Shown here piece by piece: positions 33,273-39,553 of a DNA stretch of 39,553 nt. The stretch covers positions 1-39,553 of the forward strand of contig JAGVZX010000110.1 in NCBI GenBank assembly GCA_018302185.1, read 5' to 3'. The number at the start of each line of letters is the position of its first letter. The first letter of the stretch is position 1. Source of the DNA: Candidatus Woesearchaeota archaeon (GTDB lineage: Archaea; Nanobdellota; Nanobdellia; Woesearchaeales; UBA10200). The translations under genes and the position numbers were made by a program. The notes under the pieces were generated by a model. It saw only the letters and a program-made list of their open reading frames with translations, had not been told where the DNA came from and made no database searches.

Positions 33273-34679
33273 ATGTGCATTTTAATGCTGAAAATGAACT
33301 CCAAAGAAGCAAAATTGCGGATAAAGGAATTCCTTTCTAATCTAGATCAGAAATCTCTTGAGATTGAATTAGATCCTGGTGTAAAAGATAGCCAAGTTTA
33401 TCCTAAAAGCGAAATAAGATATTATTTTAATTTTTTGTTGAACAGAATCTTGGGTAAAGTTCCGCCATGTAAGATCAAAAATTCATTGCTTAGGATGATC
33501 GGTGTAAAATTAGGCAAAGAGATCTGCCTTCCTATGGATGTTCTCTTTGATTATCGTTATCCTGAGCTCATCGAAGTTGGAGATAATACTTTAATCGGTG
33601 GATATACACAGATATTTGCGCATATGATAAGGGAGCCATACAAAGAAGAGAATAAAGCCAAATATTATGGTAAAAAAAGATACGCAAGCATAAACAGATT
33701 GAACCAAAAAAGCCATAAGCTAGTTGAAGGAAAACGAATCTTAAAGTTAGGCAGAGTAAAGATCGGCAAAGATGCTCTGGTTGCGAGCATTGCAGACTTT
33801 GAGCCAGGCGTAACAGTAGGGGATAATGCTATCATCGGTACAGCGACCTATGTTGATAAGGATGTTCCAGAGTTAGGCTTTGTTGGTTCGCGTCCAATGA
33901 GATTGATAAAAATAGTTGATGCAGGCTGGAATCATATAGACAGGACAGATACTGCTGCTTTTTATCACGAGCAAAAAGATATGACTAGGAAATTTTTGCG
34001 CGATAGAACAATTCCATCTCTAAACATAACTTACAAAGGCAAGCGTGGAAATGCGGGCAATGAATGGTTCAGGATGCGCAACCCATTAAAGATCTGGATC
34101 ACTGCTGCCTGGGTAGAATTTACTGCATTTTTTCCAGCATGCTGGCTGAAGAATTTTCTTTTGAGATTTACAGGCGCAAAAATCGGCAGAAATGTAAGAA
34201 TAGAGCAGTTTGCATATATTGATCACATAAATCCTGATCTAATTACTATCGAGGATAATGCAGTTCTGAAAACAGGCTCGCTTATCGGCGGACATGATTT
34301 TATCAATAACAAATCCTCGTTAGGAAGGCCAGTGATTGGCGAAGGAGCGATCATAAAAGAGAATGCGATGGTACAGTGCCATTACACTAACAAGGTAACT
34401 GGACAAGAAGAAAGATTGGTTGTCGGTAAGCATGCAATAGTCGAGCCATGGAGTTTTGTTGACAGGCCAGTGCCAGATGATACTATTGTTTCAGGATGGC
34501 CAGCAAAGCCCTTGGCGCATGCAGGAGAGTCGATCAAAGTAGTTAGTGAAAAAGCTACGTATAATCCAGGTCATGAGCATAATGTCAATCATTTACCTCC
34601 ACCTGTCGAACATCATAAGCATACAGAACATCATCAACATTCAATACACCATCATTCTAGCGCGCATGAGAAAAAATAA
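33273..34679 (+). CDS. Internally duplicated left-handed beta-helix (hexapeptide-repeat) acyltransferase with a His-rich C-terminal tail
   Basis: It has two halves, each with a (I/L)KN(S/F)LLR(M/F)(I/T)G(V/A)K(L/I)G lead-in and hexapeptide stretches (VGDNTLIGGYTQIFAH; VGDNAIIGTATYV; IEDNAVLKTGSLIGGH; IGEGAIIKENAMV). The tail is HEHNVNHLPPPVEHHKHTEHHQHSIHHHSSAHEKK (34572-34676). Confidence 0.75.
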   Translation: MCILMLKMNSKEAKLRIKEFLSNLDQKSLEIELDPGVKDSQVYPKSEIRYYFNFLLNRILGKVPPCKIKNSLLRMIGVKLGKEICLPMDVLFDYRYPELIEVGDNTLIGGYTQIFAHMIREPYKEENKAKYYGKKRYASINRLNQKSHKLVEGKRILKLGRVKIGKDALVASIADFEPGVTVGDNAIIGTATYVDKDVPELGFVGSRPMRLIKIVDAGWNHIDRTDTAAFYHEQKDMTRKFLRDRTIPSLNITYKGKRGNAGNEWFRMRNPLKIWITAAWVEFTAFFPACWLKNFLLRFTGAKIGRNVRIEQFAYIDHINPDLITIEDNAVLKTGSLIGGHDFINNKSSLGRPVIGEGAIIKENAMVQCHYTNKVTGQEERLVVGKHAIVEPWSFVDRPVPDDTIVSGWPAKPLAHAGESIKVVSEKATYNPGHEHNVNHLPPPVEHHKHTEHHQHSIHHHSSAHEKK

Positions 34680-34696
34680 TTAATTGAGAGAAAATT

Positions 34697-34706
34697 TTTA
34701 AATATA
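34697..34706 (+). promoter_or_regulatory. TATA-box-like element for the 34727 gene
   Basis: tttaaatata lies 21-30 nt upstream of the ATG at 34727. Confidence 0.4.
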
Positions 34707-34726
34707 ATCCTATTCTTAGAGTAATC

Positions 34727-35638
34727 ATGAGTGACCAACTTATATACTCTATAGATGATTTTGTCAGAGAAATAAAAGAATGGGATCAAGATAAAGTTTA
34801 TACTTGGGTTAAAGATTTTCTATTTAAGGATTGTACGGCTCCATTAGCATTGGCATTTCCTATAAGTTCAAAAACTGATTTTTTTATTGATATTTATGGA
34901 AGAAATAAAAACCACGGTCAATCTAAAGGAAATCTTGAAAAAGCAGTTGTCAAATGTTACGATGATTTCTCGAAAAATGAGGCATTAGATCTAAGTGGGA
35001 TAAGCGGGATAGGAACAGAATTATTTCAGATTATAGGGAAGATGGAGCTTAATGAATTATCTAATAGATTAAAACAAGATGCAGTTGATGAAAAATATAA
35101 AAGTATTCCGACAACAAATCTGCCAAAAGAGATTTCTGACCTTCATTCATATCTGCTGAATGCACTCTCTGGTTTGAAACCTAAAGACATAGAAGGCTTA
35201 ACTCAGCTGATTGAGAGGGATATTCATGATACAAGATATTCACCTGAATGTTTTGTTCTAGCATACAAATTAACTTGTGATATTACTTCAGGATTAAAAT
35301 ATATGCCAATACTCGTTGGTCAGATACAAGAGATTAGGAGCGCTGTAAAAAGTATCATTATACACTATATTCAAGCGTTGGAAAAAGCAGACCTTAGCCC
35401 TCTGCAGCAACAGCCTTCAGAGAATCTGTCATCTGATGAGTTAGGCGCTTACTCACGTATGTTGGATAGGCTAAACCGGCATGTTGAAGGATATGCACTT
35501 CAAATAAGTAATAGTGATTTAAGTATTTATAATAAAGATGCTAATACTACAAAAGTTATACCATTGACAGATAAAACAGCTCTACTTATTAGGGCATCTC
35601 TAAAATATATGACTAATGCTGCTGCAACACATAGTTAG
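34727..35638 (+). CDS. Hypothetical protein (303 aa)
   Basis: A clean ORF with its own TATA-like box. No family motif recognised. Confidence 0.6.
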   Translation: MSDQLIYSIDDFVREIKEWDQDKVYTWVKDFLFKDCTAPLALAFPISSKTDFFIDIYGRNKNHGQSKGNLEKAVVKCYDDFSKNEALDLSGISGIGTELFQIIGKMELNELSNRLKQDAVDEKYKSIPTTNLPKEISDLHSYLLNALSGLKPKDIEGLTQLIERDIHDTRYSPECFVLAYKLTCDITSGLKYMPILVGQIQEIRSAVKSIIIHYIQALEKADLSPLQQQPSENLSSDELGAYSRMLDRLNRHVEGYALQISNSDLSIYNKDANTTKVIPLTDKTALLIRASLKYMTNAAATHS

Positions 35639-35681
35639 TTCTGAGAATACCGTTTTAGTAATGGCATTATGAATCTCTGTT

Positions 35682-35720
35682 TTTTCCCCTTACATTTCAA
35701 TTTTCATTTGTAAGGGGAAA
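35682..35720 (+). repeat. 39-nt hairpin repeat, copy 1 (12-bp perfect stem tttccccttaca / tgtaaggggaaa)
   Basis: ttttccccttacatttcaattttcatttgtaaggggaaa, read directly. It lies 44 nt after the upstream stop and abuts the Fic TATA box. Confidence 0.9.
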
Positions 35721-35722
35721 GA

Positions 35723-35732
35723 TTTAAATATA
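35723..35732 (+). promoter_or_regulatory. TATA-box-like element for the Fic gene
   Basis: tttaaatata lies 23-32 nt upstream of the ATG at 35755. Confidence 0.45.
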
Positions 35733-35754
35733 AGCAAGTCTTTATTATTATTCT

Positions 35755-36768
35755 ATGGTATACATTCATGTAAAGAAAGTAGGGGATAAAAAATACTATA
35801 CTTTGCGAGTTTCAGCTAGAGATAAGGCTGGAAAAATCATAACAAAGGACATTGAAAATCTTGGTTCAGATATCAGCAAGATTAATATTGAAACTCTTGA
35901 GAAAAAATACAAGAAAGAGATAAGGGAATCCTATAAGACAATAAAGCAATTTCTTGAATCAAATTATTATATTGAGAAGATAAAGAAGCAGAAGTTAAGG
36001 AAAGATGACTTTTTTGAAATAAGCACCTCAACTGAGATAGAAGCCATAAAGCTGCACTTTAAAGAAAAGTTTCTTAAATTAGATAAGGCAACCCAAAATG
36101 ACATCTATAAACTATTCCTGATAAAATTTGCTGTCAGCAGCACATCTATCGAGGGAAATACCATCACTTTGAAGCAAGCTGCCAAGCTTTTGACAGAAAA
36201 TATCATGCCAAAAGGAAAAACTGCTAGAGAAGTATATGACCTGCAGAATACGCAGGCTGTTTTTTTCGAGCTGCTGGAGGCAATGCCTGAAATTGCTTTA
36301 GACATGATTGAAGAGACGCATGATAAGCTGCTTGATAAGATTGACCTAAGAAAAGGCTATCGTACACATGACATACATATCTTAGGTCAGCCATTTAAGC
36401 CAAGCCCTGCAAGATATGTTAAGGCAGATATGAAGCTATTGTTGGATTGGTATAATAAAAATGAGAAGAGCATGCATCCGTTAGCATTAGCTATCTTTTT
36501 CCATCATAAATTTGAAAGCATACACCCATTTTCAGACGGCAATGGGAGAACAGGAAGAGTATTGATGAATCTTATCCTGATTAAGCATAAATATCCACCA
36601 TTAATTGTTCCAATGACAAAGCGTGAAGAATATTTGCAAGCAATGAATGATGCAGATAAAGCTCGAGAGAAAAGCTTGCTCGGAACAAATATTGCAGATT
36701 ATCACAAATTGTTTGACTTTATTATCAATGAATATAGGAAGACATACTGGAATACTTTCCTGGTATGA
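35755..36768 (+). CDS. Fic-domain protein (AMPylase-type), class II layout
   Basis: The canonical Fic motif HPFSDGNGRTGR (HxFx[D/E]GNGRxxR) is present. The motif STSIEG, matching the (S/T)xxxE(G/N) inhibitory helix, lies N-terminal to it. Confidence 0.9.
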   Translation: MVYIHVKKVGDKKYYTLRVSARDKAGKIITKDIENLGSDISKINIETLEKKYKKEIRESYKTIKQFLESNYYIEKIKKQKLRKDDFFEISTSTEIEAIKLHFKEKFLKLDKATQNDIYKLFLIKFAVSSTSIEGNTITLKQAAKLLTENIMPKGKTAREVYDLQNTQAVFFELLEAMPEIALDMIEETHDKLLDKIDLRKGYRTHDIHILGQPFKPSPARYVKADMKLLLDWYNKNEKSMHPLALAIFFHHKFESIHPFSDGNGRTGRVLMNLILIKHKYPPLIVPMTKREEYLQAMNDADKAREKSLLGTNIADYHKLFDFIINEYRKTYWNTFLV

Positions 36769-36849
36769 ACCTGTCTTACCCTCTATCAATCACTTTCTCA
36801 AAATAAAGGGTAAGTTTGTGTTATCAGCTCTAATAAGCAGTTCTGCAAC

Positions 36850-36888
36850 TTTTCCCCTTACATTTCAATTTCTATTTGTAAGGGGAAA
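36850..36888 (+). repeat. 39-nt hairpin repeat, copy 2
   Basis: ttttccccttacatttcaatttctatttgtaaggggaaa. It is identical to copy 1 except for a tc/ct swap in the loop. Confidence 0.9.
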
Positions 36889-36973
36889 CTTATTTTCGCT
36901 TTGCAGGCAATCTCTTTTATTCTCTACCTATAAATCACAACATTTATATATAAAGATATGATAATATATTATC

Positions 36974-37007
36974 ATAAAATGGAAAATTTGATAAAATGGA
37001 AAATCTG
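36974..37007 (+). repeat. 17-nt tandem duplication spanning the start codon (ataaaatggaaaatttg / ataaaatggaaaatctg)
   Basis: Read directly. There is one mismatch. It creates two ATGs 17 nt apart, which are therefore out of frame with each other. Confidence 0.9.
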
Positions 37008-37859
37008 ATAACCATTGAGATGATAGAGAAAAATCAGGATATCTTGCTAGGCAGGATATTCACAAAATTGCAGCTTAACATACTTAAGAAGAAGCTCAAT
37101 AATAAATCTCTTGACACCAATGAAAAGACCTACTATTACAAATATATCAAGCCGAAAGTAGCAGCGATGCTTTCTTTTTCTGGGATCAGTGAGATAAATA
37201 TTCACGGCAGAGAGCATATGCTAGAAGAAAGGCTTCCTAAAGCGGTAAAGCTTTTGCAGCAGCTGAGCAGGAAGCATAAGAACAAGAAAATAATGGCTTC
37301 AGGCTCATTCCTTTTCAGCAAGAAGTATAATGACATAGATTTTTTTGTTTTTACAAGATACAGCAAAGAGGACTATAGAAAAGGAAGCTTGCATGTCAAT
37401 TTTCTGCCAAAATCTGCTCTTGATTCAATATTTTTCAGCTCTATTTCGCAGATAAGCATCAGCAATTTCAGGTATGAAGCAAAGACAAGCTTTGCGCTTA
37501 CGATGCAGGATGTTCTTCAAAGCTATGAGTTGCTTATAGATGCAGTGCTCAGGAAACAGGAGTTCAGCAAAGAATTGAGGGATTTTCTGATGAAAGCTGA
37601 ATTTGCATCTAAAGGTGTCATTCTGAGCACTAAGCAGCTATATGAGCTGAAGAAAAAGATAACATATAAAAACGCAGTAAAATTACTTTCAGATACATTG
37701 GTCAACACATTGCTTTACGGCTATGCTTTGAAAGATATTAAAAGCAGCCTTAAAGAGCATATCAGGGATTACACAAGCCTGTTAAAGAAATATCATAATG
37801 CAAAAAATCTGGAAGTTTATATAACAACATACAGGGAGGCGATACAAGTTGCAGCCTGA
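36996..37859 (+). CDS. Hypothetical protein with a possible minimal nucleotidyltransferase fold
   Basis: MASGSFLFSKKYNDIDFFVF resembles GS-x9-DxD. The rest of the protein is helical. The family assignment is tentative. Confidence 0.55.
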   Translation: MENLITIEMIEKNQDILLGRIFTKLQLNILKKKLNNKSLDTNEKTYYYKYIKPKVAAMLSFSGISEINIHGREHMLEERLPKAVKLLQQLSRKHKNKKIMASGSFLFSKKYNDIDFFVFTRYSKEDYRKGSLHVNFLPKSALDSIFFSSISQISISNFRYEAKTSFALTMQDVLQSYELLIDAVLRKQEFSKELRDFLMKAEFASKGVILSTKQLYELKKKITYKNAVKLLSDTLVNTLLYGYALKDIKSSLKEHIRDYTSLLKKYHNAKNLEVYITTYREAIQVAA

Positions 37860-38166
37860 AGACGGAAAAAAAGAGATAAGAAAAATACTTGGCGAAGATA
37901 TAAAATTTGACGGGCATTTCAATAAATGCTTTGATAACATAAAAGAAACCCAGCAGAAAGAGCTTATTGGATGGATAATAAGATGCAAGAATTTTGAGAT
38001 TGGCCCTATACAATCAAAGAAAAACAGAGAGCTGATAGGTTTTGTCGAAAGAATAGGAAGCAATCTTAGGTCAATCCTTACAAAAGAGAAAAAAGGCTAT
38101 TTTATTGCATTGTTCTTAGACAAGCACAAATACTATGAGACAGAGATGGAGAAATTGGGATTTTAG
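37849..38166 (+). CDS. Hypothetical protein (105 aa), TTG start
   Basis: It overlaps the upstream gene by 11 nt. An SD-like agggagg lies at 37832-37838, about 10 nt before the TTG at 37849. No internal ATG occurs until near the C-terminus. Confidence 0.5.
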   Translation: MQPEDGKKEIRKILGEDIKFDGHFNKCFDNIKETQQKELIGWIIRCKNFEIGPIQSKKNRELIGFVERIGSNLRSILTKEKKGYFIALFLDKHKYYETEMEKLGF

Positions 38167-38195
38167 ATATAAGAAGTAATGATGAGGCTTTACCT

Positions 38196-39032
38196 ATGTA
38201 CGACCTATCCAAAGTAAAATTTTTCATGCAATGCAGCGCAAATACACTGCACCACAACTGGCCATTGATGCAGGCATTCAATATTAGATTGGAAGAGCTT
38301 TCTAAAGGACATGGCCTTACAGTTTGTGTCACATTTCTCAAGAAAAAAGGCGATGAAAGCACCTGGGCATTAGATGAGGATTGCTATCTTGATGAAGGAA
38401 AATATTATGAGCAGAATTCTACAGAGTTAGAGAAATTATTCTATGCATGGCTTGTTGCGAGAAAGAATTTCTATGATGTTGTCGAGCAGATTGATGCAAA
38501 GATTGCTGGTCTGACAGATAGTGATGGTGAAATAAGCCTAGCTGCTTTATTAGAGCTTTATAAGAAATTTAACTATGCTTATGTTGAGGAATATGCAACT
38601 GCATTGATCAGCGATTACTTTGTGGTGTATGGTGATAATATCATCAAAGAGATAAGCGATAAGCTCACAAAAGAGCAGCAAAAAAACATCACTGCATTGA
38701 CTTCTCCTTTAAAGCTTCCTTTTTTAGGCGAAGAGCAGCTTAATGAATTAAAGATAGGTTTAAGGCTTATTGAGAACAAGGAAGTGAATAAAAATTATAA
38801 AATATTATCGCCGGATACAAAAGAATCCATTCTTTCACATCAGAAAGAATATTTCTGGATAAGAAATAACTACAAATACACAACTCCTATCTCTTGCAAT
38901 CAATTTTTTGAAGACATAAAGCATGAGATTGCAAACTTATCTCCTCTTGAAATAACCAAAAAAATCTCTGAGCTTCAAAATTATGAAGAGTTGCTGAAAA
39001 AGAAAAAGCAGCAAGCTTTAGCAGGATTGTAA
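38196..39032 (+). CDS. PEP-utiliser swivel domain protein, family copy P5, N-terminal part (frame-shifted relative to the remainder)
   Basis: It carries the family N-domain motifs (HQKEYFWIRNNYKY). It stops at TAA 39030-39032, where the paralogs continue. Confidence 0.75.
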   Translation: MYDLSKVKFFMQCSANTLHHNWPLMQAFNIRLEELSKGHGLTVCVTFLKKKGDESTWALDEDCYLDEGKYYEQNSTELEKLFYAWLVARKNFYDVVEQIDAKIAGLTDSDGEISLAALLELYKKFNYAYVEEYATALISDYFVVYGDNIIKEISDKLTKEQQKNITALTSPLKLPFLGEEQLNELKIGLRLIENKEVNKNYKILSPDTKESILSHQKEYFWIRNNYKYTTPISCNQFFEDIKHEIANLSPLEITKKISELQNYEELLKKKKQQALAGL

Positions 39033-39034
39033 AA

Positions 39035-39553
39035 TTAGAATTGATCTCAAAAGTCTCATGGTGGGCAGACCAGCGTAAAAAAGCAAATCTTGTTGCAAAT
39101 CATTACATCAATGTATTTCTTGCTAGATTTAGTGAATTATTAAGCGCAAAATTTGGCAAAAAGATAAAATTAGAGCAGCTTCAGTTTACCCTGCTTCCTG
39201 AACTTGAAGCTTTATGCAATATTGGGAATTCTGAACAAGAGAAAGAAATTAAGCAAGAGAAGGAGATTAAACATGAGAAGGCAATTAAAGAAGAAAAAGA
39301 GAATAAACAGATGAAAGAAATCTTTGGCAATATTACTCGTAGATTAAAAGGCTGCGCATACTATCTTGATAAGCAAGGAAATGAAAAAATATTTGTCGGA
39401 AAGGAATTTAAGGAGGTTTGCAGGAAGATCTTGGAAAAAAACCTAGAAAATGAGATAAAAGACATCCGTGGCACTACTGCTTCTTACGGCAATGTTACTG
39501 GCAAAGTGCGTATTGTCATAAATCCAGCTGCTGCAAAATTCGAGAAAGGAGAA
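39035..39553 (+). CDS. P5 continuation in the -1 frame; runs off the window end
   Basis: This frame is open from 38987 to the window end. It reads LELISKVSWWADQRKKANLV...GTTASYGNVTGKVRIVINPAAAKFEKGE, the family D-x-RK segment and the start of the swivel domain. It is not in the ORF track because it is edge-truncated. Confidence 0.75.
39236..39307 (+). repeat. Four tandem 18-nt coding repeats (QEKEIK/QEKEIK/HEKAIK/EEKENK) inside P5
   Basis: Read directly in the P5 continuation frame. The segment is absent from P1-P4. Confidence 0.8.

Noticed and set aside
35682-36888. CRISPR array formed by the 39-nt repeats
   Set aside because: There are only two copies, 1.13 kb apart. The spacer between them is a complete Fic gene with its promoter. 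No cas genes are present.
9039-38362. Antisense or overlapping track ORFs in the remainder (for example 9039-9470, 10163-10492, 10963-11193, 11537-11839, 14324-14728, 17143-17469, 18645-18986, 20894-21328, 21560-21754, 30640-31084, 32244-32483, 32674-32973, 36647-36961, 37762-38063, 38102-38362)
   Set aside because: The reasoning is the same. Each lies within or opposite a better-supported gene and has no motif content. The ORFs antisense to the swivel domains recur only because the sense sequence is conserved.

Overview
This is a low-GC, gene-dense archaeal window. The archaeal call rests on Orc1/Cdc6, TrmB and Lrp/AsnC regulators, and A/T-rich TATA boxes centred about 27 nt upstream of many ATGs, which suggests mostly leaderless mRNAs. 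It may be a DPANN-like uncultured lineage, but that is a guess.

Positions 1-15.5 kb are mostly housekeeping. They hold a HEPN/MNT pair, a split HtrA-like protease, cysS, a cysE / cystathionine-gamma-lyase-family / cysteine-synthase cluster, a CDP-alcohol phosphatidyltransferase, an SDR, a cupin, a HIT protein, serS with an in-frame TGA, orc1/cdc6 and a TrmB regulator.

Positions 15.9-39.5 kb are accessory and carry the interesting content:
- An expanded family of about 500-aa proteins, with five copies plus one relic. Each fuses a divergent helical N-domain to a highly conserved PEP-utiliser swivel phosphohistidine domain. I see no ATP-grasp or PEP/pyruvate domain in them.
- A 9.7-kb six-gene island at 19085-28459, lying between the 3' end of one family member and a degenerate copy of that 3' end. 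It holds a NorQ/CbbQ-type AAA+ ATPase, a NorD/CbbO-type vWA protein, three large orphan proteins (297, 426 and 966 aa) and a tandem-Lrp regulator. No Rubisco, NOR or CobN client is visible. This is my best candidate for an undescribed system.
- A duplicated divergent module (winged-helix regulator plus an 88-aa protein) placed in front of different cargo genes.
- A class II Fic gene bracketed by two near-identical 39-nt hairpin repeats.
- Several small lesions seen directly in the sequence: an 11-nt and a 17-nt tandem duplication, a frameshift and an in-frame stop.

I recognised no rRNA, tRNA, CRISPR array, integrase or transposase by eye. All family assignments come from motif reading and memory of the families; no searches were run.
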